A stretch of 64,000 nt of DNA from Planctomycetota bacterium (GCA_002746535.1 NVWA01000005.1:22047-86046), one strand, 5' to 3'. Shown: positions 1 through 10,802, counted from the first letter of the stretch. Translations and numbers: made by a program. Notes: a model not told the origin generated them from the sequence alone.

Positions 1-1458
1 AACTTGTGATCCTGGTGCTAGTGACGTTTTAACCCAAGATTTTCTTTCAAGCCCTTTTTCCACGGCTTTCTTTGCCACTAAACCAGCCGCAATCAATACA
101 CTTGGATTTGATGTGTTCGTACAACTTGTGATCGCAGCAATTACAATAGAACCATTTGAAATTTCCGAATCTACTAATTCCATATTTTTCGTTGGGTCTT
201 CAACTCTAAAAGATGTCAAAGGCTTATTCACATTTTCTTCGCCACCAGCTAAATCTGGTAATACTTTTGCAAAATCTTTTTCGGCATCAGTTAGAAAAAT
301 TTTATCTTGAGGTCTTTTGGGACCAGAGATAGTTGGCACAACAGTACTCATATCTAATTCAACAACATCTGAATAATCAGCGGGCTCTTGACCAACTTCA
401 AAATACATCCCTTGAGCTTTTGCATATGCTTCAACTAAATCAGCACTGGCTTCATCTCTTCCGGTAAATTTCAAATAATCAACGGTAACTTTATCAATTG
501 GAAAAATACCACATGTTGATCCAAATTCTGGTGCCATATTAGCAATTGTACTTCTTTCAGCTAATGTTAAATCTGCAATACCATCCCCAAAGAATTCAAC
601 GAATTTCCCGACAACACCTTTAGCACGTAATTGTTCTGTTATTGTTAATACTAAATCTGTTGTGGTCATACCTTCTGCAAGCTTACCAGTCAGCTTGAAA
701 CCTATTACTTGTGGCACCAACAATGGAATCGCTTGACCTAACATGGCTGCTTCTGCTTCAATTCCACCAACACCCCAACCTAACACCCCAAGACCATTGA
801 CCATTGTTGTATGGCTATCTGTACCTACAAGTGTATCAGGATAGGCAATTGGGCCCTTTTCATCTTTTTCACCAAATACGACTCTAGCTAAATATTCAAT
901 ATTCACTTGATGTACAATCCCTATATCAGGAGGAACTGCTTTAAAGTTCTTTATGGATGACTGACCCCATTTTAAAAATTCATATCTTTCTCTATTTCTG
1001 ACAAATTCTTTCTCAGCATTTAATTTAGGAGAATCCTTTGTACCAAAAAAATCAACTTGAACAGAGTGATCTATCACTAGTTCTGCAGGCAACAAGGGAT
1101 TAATTTTTTCAGGATCGCCACCCATTTCTTTCATAGCATCACGCATTGCTGCCAAATCAACCACAGCAGGAACACCTGTAAAGTCTTGCAACAAAACTCT
1201 TGCAGGAGTATAAGGAATTTCTTTTGATGGTGTTGCTTGGGAATCCCATTGACAAATTGCTTCGATATCTTTTTTCTCACAAGATAATCCATCTTCATTT
1301 CGCAATACATTTTCTAGCAATACTTTTAAAGCAAAAGGTAATCTATTTACTTTAAAACCTTGTTTCTCTAATTCAGGTAAACTAAAATAATCGAAATTAT
1401 TTTCGCCTACTTTCAAACTTGAACGCACTTGAAAAGTATCCACTGATGCTTTTTTCAT
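1..1458 (-). CDS. acnA: Aconitate hydratase A, N-terminal part (runs off the left edge; missing from the ORF track)
   Basis: Manual translation from ATG at 1458 gives [18 protein letters not shown]...[96 protein letters not shown] and [16 protein letters not shown], all AcnA signature motifs. Confidence 0.97.
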   Translation of the reverse strand, partial: MKKASVDTFQVRSSLKVGENNFDYFSLPELEKQGFKVNRLPFALKVLLENVLRNEDGLSCEKKDIEAICQWDSQATPSKEIPYTPARVLLQDFTGVPAVVDLAAMRDAMKEMGGDPEKINPLLPAELVIDHSVQVDFFGTKDSPKLNAEKEFVRNRERYEFLKWGQSSIKNFKAVPPDIGIVHQVNIEYLARVVFGEKDEKGPIAYPDTLVGTDSHTTMVNGLGVLGWGVGGIEAEAAMLGQAIPLLVPQVIGFKLTGKLAEGMTTTDLVLTITEQLRAKGVVGKFVEFFGDGIADLTLAERSTIANMAPEFGSTCGIFPIDKVTVDYLKFTGRDEASADLVEAYAKAQGMYFEVGQEPADYSDVVELDMSTVVPTISGPKRPQDKIFLTDAEKDFAKVLPDLAGGEENVNKPLTSFRVEDPTKNMELVDSEISNGSIVIAAITSCTNTSNPSVLIAAGLVAKKAVEKGLERKSWVKTSLAPGSQV

Positions 1459-1477
1459 TTTATTCTCCATGTATTTT

Positions 1478-2419
1478 TCAATCTAATTCTTTTTCGGTTA
1501 TATATCTCTCTGAATCTAATGCTGCCATACAGCCAGTACCAGCAGCTGAAATAGCTTGTCTATATATACTATCTTGAACATCGCCACATGCATATACGCC
1601 TTCAACGGACGTTAATGTGGATTTTGCCTGTGTAACTATATATCCAACTTTATCTAACTCTAATTGACCTTTAAATAATTCAGTATTTGGAGTATGACCA
1701 ATTGCATAGAATAAACCGCCTATGGCGACATCTCTTACTTCACCAGAAACAGTGTCTTTTAATACTGCCGTTTCAATTAAATCACCTCCCTTAACTTCTT
1801 CTAATGTACTATTCCACAAAATTTCTATTTTTTCATTTTTAATAGCACGATCAGCCATTACTTTAGAAGCTCTTAATTTATCACGTCGATGAACAATATA
1901 AACTTTACTGGCAAATTTTGTTAAAAAGGTTGCTTCTTCAACTGCTGAATCACCTCCACCTATTACCATTAATATCTTATTTCTGAAAACAGGTAATCCG
2001 CCATCACATACAGCACAAGCACTCATTCCTTTAGTCCAAAATTCATCCTCACCTTTTACAAACATTCTTCTGGCTGTCGCGCCAGTGGCTATGATCAATG
2101 TATGTGTTTCAATTTCCTTTTTCGAGGTTTTTAAACGAATTGGTTTTGAACTTAAATCAACTTCAAGAACATTTTCAGTGATGATAGAGGCCCCATACTT
2201 TTTGGACTGATCTCTAAAATGATCCATTAATTCTGGACCAGAAATCCCTTCAGGAAAACCAGGATAATTTTCAACATCAGTTGTAGTCATTAATTGTCCA
2301 CCTGGCAAATTTGGCGGCTCCCCTTCAAACAATAATGGGCTCATTTCAGCCCTTGCAGCATAAATAGCAGCGGTGTGTCCTGCAGGACCAGATCCAATGA
2401 TGACAACTTTTTCAGCCAA
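1478..2419 (-). CDS. trxB: Thioredoxin-disulfide reductase
   Basis: Motifs [20 protein letters not shown] redox centre, [17 protein letters not shown] and ACGDVQD. The likely start is TTG at 2419 behind an AAGGAA RBS; the ORF track extends it to 2461. Confidence 0.96.
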   Translation of the reverse strand: MAEKVVIIGSGPAGHTAAIYAARAEMSPLLFEGEPPNLPGGQLMTTTDVENYPGFPEGISGPELMDHFRDQSKKYGASIITENVLEVDLSSKPIRLKTSKKEIETHTLIIATGATARRMFVKGEDEFWTKGMSACAVCDGGLPVFRNKILMVIGGGDSAVEEATFLTKFASKVYIVHRRDKLRASKVMADRAIKNEKIEILWNSTLEEVKGGDLIETAVLKDTVSGEVRDVAIGGLFYAIGHTPNTELFKGQLELDKVGYIVTQAKSTLTSVEGVYACGDVQDSIYRQAISAAGTGCMAALDSERYITEKELD

Positions 2420-2553
2420 TTTAAATTCCTTTAAAAAAATTCTATTTTGTTCACTAACCATTTCTTCAAAATACCTAACAAATGGTTAAAATTACTGTTC
2501 TTAAAAAGGCTGGGATTATAGCAAAAAAACTATTTTTCGTTAGGACGAACAGA

Positions 2554-2775
2554 ATGGATCTAGAACAAAGTACAAAAATATTTCTCGAAAATGACTTCAA
2601 ATATATGACTATTGGAGAAATCACAAAAGAATTACAAGATAGTCGCCTTTCCCGAAAAGGGCTTGAATCTCAAGTTGAAGAATTGCAGAAAAAATTGACT
2701 GATGCCATGAATGGTATGAAAGAATTAAAAAATGAAAAAAGGGAACTAGAGAAAGAACTATCTGATAAAAGCTAA
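2554..2775 (+). CDS. Small coiled-coil hypothetical protein (73 aa)
   Basis: ATG at 2554 inside ORF 2482..2775. Heptad-like LESQVEELQKKLTDAMNGMKELKNEKRELEKEL. Stop lies 2 nt before the next gene. Confidence 0.6.
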   Translation: MDLEQSTKIFLENDFKYMTIGEITKELQDSRLSRKGLESQVEELQKKLTDAMNGMKELKNEKRELEKELSDKS

Positions 2776-2777
2776 TT

Positions 2778-4043
2778 ATGAGCGATGAAATAATTATCAA
2801 AGAGTATCTAAAAAAAGTACCTCTCAATCATCTGTCCAATTCTAGTCCAAAAATCGAATTGTTTTGCAGAGAAATTTATTTAAAAAAAAATAAGAAAGCA
2901 GATATTTTTGTATTTTTACAAGGCGGACCCGGGTTCCCTTCTCCTAGAGATATCTCAAATTCATCCAGCTTCAAAGCAATATTAAAACAATTTAGAATTG
3001 TCCTTTTAGACCAAAGAGGGACAGGGAAAAGTCAAAAAATAGGACCCGAACTTTGCGGCCAAATGAATCAAAAAGAAGCTGTAGACTTTTTCATACATCA
3101 TCGAGCTGACCAAATTGTTTATGATTTAGAATATTTACGAGATAATGTATTTAAAGTTAAAAAATGGTTCTTATTGGCTCAAAGTTATGGTGGGTTTATC
3201 ACATTCACCTATTTGAGTTTTTTCCCTGAAGCGATTAAAGGTGCTATTTTATGTGGAGGCTTGCCCCCACTTTTTCAAACAAGCGTCAAAGATATTTATG
3301 GTCAACTCACAAGTTTTATTGCAAAAAGAAATTTAGAATTTTTCCAGGCACATCCCAAAGATAAGCTGCAGGTAAAAAAAATATTAATCTTATTAAAAGA
3401 AGATAATTACAAGCTTCCGGATGGTGGCATATTATCACCTGAACGATTTTTAGATATTGGATCCATATTAGGAAGCACCAATGGTATCAACCAATTACAT
3501 TATTTTCTGGATGATCCTTTTCTGAACTCAAAAGAAGATAAATTATCATTCGCTTTTGTCAAAACAGTAATTGATCGTACCAGTTTTGAAACTAACCCTA
3601 TTTATGCTGTATTACACGAATCTATTTATTGTGACGGCAATAAAATGGTCAGCCAATGGGCTGCCGATCAATGGTTAAAGAAAAAATCTATTTTTAATCC
3701 ACAAAAAATGCCCGTTTCCTTTTATGGGGAAACCATCAGAAAAAACATGTTCAGCGAATATAGAATGCTAAAACCTTTCAAAAATATTGCTGAAACTATA
3801 GCACAAAAAAGTGATTGGAATAATTTATATGATTTAAATAAGATAAATAACAACACTGTACCTATAGAAGCCATGGTCTATAAAACTGATTATTATGTAA
3901 ATTATGAGTTTTCACTGGAAACATTAAAAAACACAGGCAATGCCAAATCATGGATACACGATACTTGGCAACATGATAGTCTACGCACACAAGGGGGAAA
4001 CATTATTCCCAAATTGTTGAAACGAATTCTTAAAAGGATTTAA
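2778..4043 (+). CDS. Proline iminopeptidase (alpha/beta hydrolase, S33)
   Basis: FLQGGPGFPSPR, LLDQRGTG, nucleophile AQSYGG, SFETNPIYAVLHESIYC, KTDYYV and QHDSLR (Ser-Asp-His triad). Confidence 0.88.
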   Translation: MSDEIIIKEYLKKVPLNHLSNSSPKIELFCREIYLKKNKKADIFVFLQGGPGFPSPRDISNSSSFKAILKQFRIVLLDQRGTGKSQKIGPELCGQMNQKEAVDFFIHHRADQIVYDLEYLRDNVFKVKKWFLLAQSYGGFITFTYLSFFPEAIKGAILCGGLPPLFQTSVKDIYGQLTSFIAKRNLEFFQAHPKDKLQVKKILILLKEDNYKLPDGGILSPERFLDIGSILGSTNGINQLHYFLDDPFLNSKEDKLSFAFVKTVIDRTSFETNPIYAVLHESIYCDGNKMVSQWAADQWLKKKSIFNPQKMPVSFYGETIRKNMFSEYRMLKPFKNIAETIAQKSDWNNLYDLNKINNNTVPIEAMVYKTDYYVNYEFSLETLKNTGNAKSWIHDTWQHDSLRTQGGNIIPKLLKRILKRI

Positions 4044-4392
4044 ACTACTTTTATTATTCTATAGTGTTGAAATATAAGAGATGCCTTGATAGGAATCACA
4101 TAAGAGTCCAAAATTGGTATATTCAAAAGCTAAATTATTTTTGAAAAACTTCATAAAATACATACTTTTTTATAGAAAAATTTAAATAATCAGTAAAAAT
4201 GGAGTGAAAAGCGAATGACTGTTCAAATTATTTACGTTCGCTTTCTATTATAGTATTTATTATTGATAATTTAAGAATTCATAAACATTATTACTTTATT
4301 ATTTAAGGGCTAAACCTGTTATTGGTTAATTAAAAACTTATTTATTCCCATTAACTTCAACTCATATTTTTTAACTTTAGGAGACTGTATTT

Positions 4393-4986
4393 ATGTACGA
4401 TGATTGGCAACCAAAAAAAATGGAATTTGAACCTGATTTTGACGAACAAGACGAGAAAGATAATTTCAATGGAAACGTAAGTAGCACTGAAGATGCCAAT
4501 ACAAATGATGGCAATGATAATAAAAAAGGTCGAAAAAGTCAACGTCCAGCCCGAAATCGAAATTCAAAAAGCAAACAATATAGCAATCGTACAAATTCTA
4601 ATAACAGTCCAGAAATTGATGCTATCTTAAAGGAAGAAGCTTACAACGTTGTTGGCTCCTCGATCAATGTTCTAAATGAACTTGGCACAGGGCTAACATT
4701 AGAATGTTATGAAAAAGCAATGCTAACTGAATTTAAAATAAAAGAAATTCCCTACGAAGAAAATTTAAGCCATGAAATCGTCTATAAAGAAGTAACTGTT
4801 GGCAAATGTGATCTTAAACTTGTTGCTTACGATAAAATAAATATTTGGATTGTTATCGAAGATAATATTTCTGATCACCATATCGCTTCAATGCTCAACC
4901 ATTTAAAAGTTGGTAAATTACAGGCCGGTTTGATTTTTAATTTCAAATATCCTAAACTACAATGGCAACGAGTTATTACTGGGTAA
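4393..4986 (+). CDS. GxxExxY-family (PD-(D/E)XK-like) protein, degenerate, with a low-complexity N-terminus
   Basis: AYNVVGSSINVLNELGTGLTLECYEKAM, HEIVYKEVTVGKCDL and GLIFNF...LQWQRVI match the family layout. RBS TAGGAG upstream. Confidence 0.75.
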   Translation: MYDDWQPKKMEFEPDFDEQDEKDNFNGNVSSTEDANTNDGNDNKKGRKSQRPARNRNSKSKQYSNRTNSNNSPEIDAILKEEAYNVVGSSINVLNELGTGLTLECYEKAMLTEFKIKEIPYEENLSHEIVYKEVTVGKCDLKLVAYDKINIWIVIEDNISDHHIASMLNHLKVGKLQAGLIFNFKYPKLQWQRVITG

Positions 4987-5000
4987 TATAATTTTTATTT

Positions 5001-6002
5001 ATGAGTATTAAATCCAAAGTATTAGGCAAACCAGGGCACGATAATTCCCTATTCATTAAAATTGATACGGGTCAAAATATCATACGAATATTGCTAGACA
5101 CTGGAGCGAATTGCCTTTGGCAACTTGATCGCAATGAAATCGCAAATGTAGACCATGTTTTATATTCTCACTTTCACATGGATCATATCTGTGGTTTTGA
5201 TTCAATGTTTCGATTATGTTTCAATAGACCAACACCCCTACATTTTTGGGGTCCAAAAGACACCATTAAAGTAATTCACAATCGTGCTCGAGGATATACT
5301 TGGAATCTCGTTGATAATAATCCTTCTCATTTCTTTATAAATGAAATATCAGAAGGTAAAATAAGAACCGTAAGATGTAATTTAAATAATGGTTTCGAAG
5401 AATTAATTGAAATCGACAACAAAGAGTTTGAAAACAATGCTCTCTTTGAAGACTCAGATGTAAAGATTGAAGGTGCCATACTTGATCATAAAATTGATTG
5501 TATGGCCTATGCTATAACTGAAAAATCCAAAGAAAATATAAATATCGAAATGATCCATGAATTGGGTTTAACGGCTGGACCTTGGTGCAAAGAATTAAAG
5601 AATCAATTGACAGGCAAACTTATCATCGACGAAAAGGAATACGAAATTAGTGAACTTAGAAAAAAGGTATTGACCTCCTCTATAAGTAAGACGATTGGTT
5701 ACATTACCGATGTTATTTATAATGATCAAATGGTAAAAAATTTAAAACCAATTTTAGAAGAAGCAAACGAAGTCATAATGGAATGTGCCTATAAAGATGA
5801 AGAAATGAATTTGGCAAATAAGCATCATCATATGACCGCATCACAAGTTTCACAATTTGCCAAAGAATTAAATATAAATCAATTAACTCTATTTCATATT
5901 TCAGATAGATATCCAGCAGCAACGCGCGTGGAATTTTTAGAAAAAGCAGTATCTATCTTCCCAAATACGAGATATCCAGATCATTGGAATATCAGCCTTT
6001 AG
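5001..6002 (+). CDS. Ribonuclease Z-like MBL-fold metallohydrolase
   Basis: LLDTG, SHFHMDH (HxHxDH), LDHKIDC, YITD, MEC, HHHMTA and LFHISDRY. Confidence 0.8.
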   Translation: MSIKSKVLGKPGHDNSLFIKIDTGQNIIRILLDTGANCLWQLDRNEIANVDHVLYSHFHMDHICGFDSMFRLCFNRPTPLHFWGPKDTIKVIHNRARGYTWNLVDNNPSHFFINEISEGKIRTVRCNLNNGFEELIEIDNKEFENNALFEDSDVKIEGAILDHKIDCMAYAITEKSKENINIEMIHELGLTAGPWCKELKNQLTGKLIIDEKEYEISELRKKVLTSSISKTIGYITDVIYNDQMVKNLKPILEEANEVIMECAYKDEEMNLANKHHHMTASQVSQFAKELNINQLTLFHISDRYPAATRVEFLEKAVSIFPNTRYPDHWNISL

Positions 6003-6099
6003 AAACATTTAATTGATTTCAAACTGAGTATAATTCTACAGTTGAATGTTGTGTTTTAAGTCTCGTATAGTATATTCTAAAGTAATATTTTTAATCGAT

Positions 6100-7059
6100 A
6101 TGGATAATTATTTAATGAATCCCATAACAAAAGTTAAAACAAAAATCAAATCATTCATTAAACACATTGTAGACACGGAAGTTGATAAAAGGGTTAATGA
6201 AATTGTTAGTAATTTACCAGCTATATTAGAAGCTCAAAATTGCCCTGATGAAGACAAACAATCTTTTTATGATCTATCAAAAAATCCGGAAAAAAATTAT
6301 CAAAAAGTATTAAAATTAAAATCACAACTAGAAGAATTAGGCGTTACTGTACAAGAAGAACAAATTCAAATTGAAGCATATGAAAGATGGAAAAATAATT
6401 TTCCAGAAATAACTAGCAAATATAAAAGCCTGGGCGATGTAAGCGAAGAAAAATGTTTGGAGCACTACATTACCTATACATATCTAGATTTAAAAAACTC
6501 AGAATGTTTTTTAGATGTGGCAGCGGCTGGCAGTCCATTTGTTGATATACTCAACAATAAAAATATTAATTCTTATCGATTGGATTTAGTTTATCCTTCT
6601 GGTATTCATGGTAAAAATATCGGTGGAAATGCCTGTGATTCAGGATTAGACGATAATTTTGTTTCATCAATGGCATTACACTGTGCTTATGAATGTTTTC
6701 AAGGCGATGCTGATATTAAATTAATGAAAGAAGCAGGCAGAATATTAAAACCAAAAGGATCAATGGGAATTATCCCTCTCTATATTGATGAAATTTATTA
6801 CAACTCAACAAGTCCCTTTTGCAATCAAGATGAAATACCATTTGATTCAGAGGCAAAAAAAATCTGGCGTGATGACACATTCAAAGTTCCCTTTTCAAGG
6901 CACTATTCACCCGAAGCTTTCTACAATCGAATTCTTAAACAGACCCCTTCATCATTAGAAACTAAAATACTATTTTTTAGTAATTTACCTGAACTAATGG
7001 ACCACTACACGGGACAACGGATTTACTGTTATTTCCTATTATTAACAACTAAAAAATAA
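6100..7059 (+). CDS. Class I SAM-dependent methyltransferase-like protein
   Basis: FLDVAAAGSP motif I and LMKEAGRILKPKG. The start is probably ATG at 6100 rather than the TTG at 6046. Confidence 0.65.
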   Translation: MDNYLMNPITKVKTKIKSFIKHIVDTEVDKRVNEIVSNLPAILEAQNCPDEDKQSFYDLSKNPEKNYQKVLKLKSQLEELGVTVQEEQIQIEAYERWKNNFPEITSKYKSLGDVSEEKCLEHYITYTYLDLKNSECFLDVAAAGSPFVDILNNKNINSYRLDLVYPSGIHGKNIGGNACDSGLDDNFVSSMALHCAYECFQGDADIKLMKEAGRILKPKGSMGIIPLYIDEIYYNSTSPFCNQDEIPFDSEAKKIWRDDTFKVPFSRHYSPEAFYNRILKQTPSSLETKILFFSNLPELMDHYTGQRIYCYFLLLTTKK

Positions 7060-7063
7060 CCAT

Positions 7064-8173
7064 ATGTCTGATATCAAAGCCCCCTGGATGGAGCCAGTAT
7101 TTCTTCAAGATATCGGAACTTCCAATCACTATGGATATCAGCATAACGGTAATATTATTGTATGTTCAAAAGAAGAACTAATAGAGAAAATTAATACTCC
7201 AAGTCTAAACATTATTTATATAGTCACACCCAATTTCAGCCATATTCAAATTCTGCATGAAGTTGATGAGTTTGCAGATGCTAGCCATCAACAAATGAGG
7301 GCACAAGCAAAAGACGAATTAAAAAGTAATCTTATTAATGGAGCCATAATATCATTTATAATTTATCAACATATGAGAGCTTTATTTTACGTTGTCATTG
7401 CTATGTACATGATTCCTATATTAAAAAATTGCTGGTGTATAATATTAAAGAAACCAGATAAGCAATGGAGAATTAATCAAAGCAAAAACATCAGATTTAG
7501 AAATTGGATTGCTCCAAGAAAAAATGGCAAATGGAAGATAATAGGAATATTAATAATTTTATCCGGAATACAGCAGATTATCTTTGGCCTCAATCCATCT
7601 ATAGGTATTGGAGGACTACTGAAAGAAAATGTAAGAAATGGAGAATACTGGAGGATATTAACGTGCACATTTTTACATGGAAACATCATACATTTTATTT
7701 TCAATATGATGGCATTGGCAAGTCTTTCAGCTATTTTAGAAAAAATATATAGATTTGAATCCTTAATAATCACTTATGTTCTAGCTTGTATAGCCGGTAG
7801 CCTTGCTAGCTGTTTTTTCAGCCCGTTTGCAAATTCTGTAGGAGCCTCTGGAGGCATATTAGGTCTACTGGGATTTTTATTGGGATGCTCTATTAAATTC
7901 AGAAATTTCATACCAAAAGATTTCTTCTGGGCTTTTCTAAATCCGGCCATGTACATCATCATCATGGGGTTTGCAGCCAAAGATGTCATCGACAATGCAG
8001 CCCATGCCGGTGGTTTTTTCATGGGATTTTTTCTGGCATTTATTTTACAAAATCATGAGGAGTTTGTTGAAAATCAAATCAGTAACGTTAAAAAAACAAT
8101 CTCAGCGTCATGCCTACTACTATTAGTCACATCTTTTATAATACTAACCTATAAAATAGTGCTCATTAAATAA
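7064..8173 (+). CDS. Rhomboid intramembrane serine protease with an N-terminal extension
   Basis: GEYWRILTCTFLHGNIIHFIFN, catalytic GASGG and IDNAAHAGG; several hydrophobic segments. Confidence 0.9.
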   Translation: MSDIKAPWMEPVFLQDIGTSNHYGYQHNGNIIVCSKEELIEKINTPSLNIIYIVTPNFSHIQILHEVDEFADASHQQMRAQAKDELKSNLINGAIISFIIYQHMRALFYVVIAMYMIPILKNCWCIILKKPDKQWRINQSKNIRFRNWIAPRKNGKWKIIGILIILSGIQQIIFGLNPSIGIGGLLKENVRNGEYWRILTCTFLHGNIIHFIFNMMALASLSAILEKIYRFESLIITYVLACIAGSLASCFFSPFANSVGASGGILGLLGFLLGCSIKFRNFIPKDFFWAFLNPAMYIIIMGFAAKDVIDNAAHAGGFFMGFFLAFILQNHEEFVENQISNVKKTISASCLLLLVTSFIILTYKIVLIK

Positions 8174-8175
8174 AA

Positions 8176-8198
8176 CTCAGGAAGTGAGACTTCCTGGG
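8176..8198. terminator. Hairpin between convergent rhomboid and rfbB genes (probable intrinsic terminator)
   Basis: CAGGAAGT-gag-ACTTCCTG is a perfect 8-bp stem starting just after the rhomboid stop, extendable by T-G and C-G pairs. No clear U-tract. Confidence 0.5.
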
Positions 8199-8251
8199 AA
8201 TCAAGAATAAATTACAAAATATGAATAAGCGTGATTTTTTGCGAATTAAAT

Positions 8252-9244
8252 CTAATTGTATTTATTGATATAAAATTTAATTGTGCTTAAGAGTGCTTCG
8301 TTAAAGGTGTAGGAATGTTCCCACCCAATTTCTTGATTCATTTTAGTAGGGTTTATTGCATAACGTTTATCATGACCAAGCCTATCAGTAACAAATGTTA
8401 TTTGATCAGAATAGTTGCCAGATGATTTAGGTGCTTCTTTATCCAAAATTTCACAAATCTTTTTCACTAAATCAATATTTGCCCATTCATTATTGCCACC
8501 TATATTGTATTTCTCACCTAACCTTCCTTTACTAATAACATCTAGAATTCCTAAGCAGTGATCATCCACAAATAGCCAATCTCTAATATTTTCGCCTTTA
8601 CCATATATTGGAATTGCATCACCTTTCAAAGCTGTACGAATAACAGTTGGGATTAATTTTTCATCATCTTGCCTAGGTCCATAGTTATTAGAACAGTTGG
8701 TTACAATGACAGGCATCTTAAATGTTTTAAAATATGATAATACGATATGGTCTGAAGATGCTTTTGATGCTGAATAAGGTGAGCTAGGATCATAGGGAGT
8801 TTCTTCTGTAAAAGCGGGATCGCTATTATCCAAATGACCATAAACTTCATCTGTAGAAACATGGATAAACAATTTATCTTCAAAGTTATTGTTCCAATAT
8901 CTTTTAGCACAATCTAATAAAATAAAACTACCCATAATATTTGTTTGTATAAAAACTTCTGGACCATCAATGGAATTATCAACATGCGACTCAGCAGCAA
9001 AATGTACAATAGTGTCAAAATTAAACTTTTCAAGTAAATCGCGCACTAACAATTTATCGCAAATATCTCCTTTTACAAAAGAATATCGTTCATCATCATT
9101 CAGTCCCGCCATGTTCTCTTCTTTACCAGCATAAGTCATTTTATCTAGATTTACAACAGCATTGATTGATGTATTTTTTAATAATATGAATAAAAAATTA
9201 CTGGCAATAAAACCGGCACCACCGGTGACTAATATATTTTTCAC
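8252..9244 (-). CDS. rfbB: dTDP-glucose 4,6-dehydratase
   Basis: LVTGGAGFIASN, HFAAESHVDNSI, HVSTDEVYG, PSSPYSASKAS, NCSNNYGP and DRLGHDKRY. Confidence 0.96.
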   Translation of the reverse strand: MKNILVTGGAGFIASNFLFILLKNTSINAVVNLDKMTYAGKEENMAGLNDDERYSFVKGDICDKLLVRDLLEKFNFDTIVHFAAESHVDNSIDGPEVFIQTNIMGSFILLDCAKRYWNNNFEDKLFIHVSTDEVYGHLDNSDPAFTEETPYDPSSPYSASKASSDHIVLSYFKTFKMPVIVTNCSNNYGPRQDDEKLIPTVIRTALKGDAIPIYGKGENIRDWLFVDDHCLGILDVISKGRLGEKYNIGGNNEWANIDLVKKICEILDKEAPKSSGNYSDQITFVTDRLGHDKRYAINPTKMNQEIGWEHSYTFNEALLSTIKFYINKYN

Positions 9245-9273
9245 TTTAATATACTTTCAAAATAAAAGTTCAC

Positions 9274-9825
9274 TTAACACAATTTTTCTTTTAAATTTAA
9301 GTCATCAAGAATTGGCTGACTCTTATCTCTTTCATTAATCAGAACATCTCCGTCAATCGGCCAATCAATATTGACCTTACTATCATTCCAAACCAAACCT
9401 CGTTCATCTTCAGGGGAATAATAATCCGTACACTTATAAAAAAACTCTGCTTTTTCAGAAATCACGTAATAACCATGAGCAAAACCTGGAGGTATATAAA
9501 GTTCATTTCTATCTTCGCCCGTTAAAACATCACTGACATATTCACCAAAAGTTGAGGAGCCGGGTCTAATATCAACGGCAACATCAAATACACTTCCGGA
9601 CAATACAGATACTAATTTACCTTGGAATTTATTGACTTGATAATGCAACCCTCTTAAAGCACCCTTGTATGATAAGGCCCTGTTATCCTGAACAAAATTT
9701 ACTTCTAACCCAAAATCTTTAAAAATTTTTGTATTAAAAGATTCAAAAAAAAATCCTCTATTATCTTCAAATACTTTAGGTCTAATAGAAAGGACATCAG
9801 GAATCGCTAACGGTATAATTTCCAA
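9274..9825 (-). CDS. rfbC: dTDP-4-dehydrorhamnose 3,5-epimerase
   Basis: FEDNRGFFFESF, FVQDN, LRGLHYQ, AVDIRPGS and PPGFAHG. Confidence 0.96.
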   Translation of the reverse strand: MEIIPLAIPDVLSIRPKVFEDNRGFFFESFNTKIFKDFGLEVNFVQDNRALSYKGALRGLHYQVNKFQGKLVSVLSGSVFDVAVDIRPGSSTFGEYVSDVLTGEDRNELYIPPGFAHGYYVISEKAEFFYKCTDYYSPEDERGLVWNDSKVNIDWPIDGDVLINERDKSQPILDDLNLKEKLC

Positions 9826-9827
9826 AT

Positions 9828-10691
9828 TTATTGCTCCAACAATTTAGATAAATATTGTCCGTATCCAGATTTTTCAAATTTTTTAGCCAAAGATTTTAAT
9901 TGCACATCATTAATAAAACCATTTTGCCAAGCAATTTCTTCAATACACCCTATTTTTAGTCCTTGACGCTCTTCAATTGTTTGGACAAAATTAGAAGCTT
10001 GTATCAAAGAATCAAAAGTACCCGTATCCAACCATGCTGTACCCCGATTCAATCGTCTTAAGTTCAATTGATTCCTCTTCATATACTCAACATTAATATC
10101 GGTGATTTCTAATTCTCCTCTAGCAGATGGCTTCATATCTTTCGCAATACTGACTACATTATTATCATAAAAATATAATCCTGGTACGGCATAATTTGAT
10201 TTTGGGTTTTGTGGTTTTTCTTCAATACTTAATACATTATAGTCATCGTCAAATTCAACTACTCCATAAGCTTTGGGATCTGCAACTCTATATCCAAATA
10301 TTAGGCCACCTTCAATTTTACCATCTTCACCAATTCCATTGTAAAAATCGCTACCATAAAAAATATTATCCCCAAGAATCAAACACACAGAGGAATCACC
10401 AATAAATGTTTCACCTATGGTAAAAGCCTGCGCAATCCCTTTAGGCTCTGGTTGAATATCATAAGAAATTTTTAAACCAAGATCAGACCCATCATGAAAT
10501 AACTCTTGAAATAATGCCTGATCTTTTGGAGTAGAGATAATCAAGACATCCCTTATCCCACAAAGCATTAAGGACGAAAGCGGATAGTAAATCATTGGTT
10601 TATCATAAACAGGCAATAATTGTTTACATACTGAGGTGGTGATAGGAAACAACCTTGAGCCAGTGCCTCCAGCTAAAATAATACCCTTCAT
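9828..10691 (-). CDS. rfbA: Glucose-1-phosphate thymidylyltransferase
   Basis: MKGIILAGGTGSRLFP, KQLLPVYDKPMIYYPL, LILGDNIF, SARGELEITD and AWLDTGT. Confidence 0.97.
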   Translation of the reverse strand: MKGIILAGGTGSRLFPITTSVCKQLLPVYDKPMIYYPLSSLMLCGIRDVLIISTPKDQALFQELFHDGSDLGLKISYDIQPEPKGIAQAFTIGETFIGDSSVCLILGDNIFYGSDFYNGIGEDGKIEGGLIFGYRVADPKAYGVVEFDDDYNVLSIEEKPQNPKSNYAVPGLYFYDNNVVSIAKDMKPSARGELEITDINVEYMKRNQLNLRRLNRGTAWLDTGTFDSLIQASNFVQTIEERQGLKIGCIEEIAWQNGFINDVQLKSLAKKFEKSGYGQYLSKLLEQ

Positions 10692-10802
10692 AGAATACCC
10701 TTTAAAGTTCTATTTAATATGAAAGTATATCACCAAATCATGATAAGTCAGAAACGATTTAATAATTACCAACTAGAATTTCAGTCCAAAGGGAAAAGAA
10801 AC

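Noticed and set aside
4208-4244. AAAGCGAA...TTCGCTTT inverted repeat in the pip-GxxExxY gap
   Set aside because: It has a large loop and no U-tract and lies about 165 nt from the upstream stop; it cannot be separated from chance.
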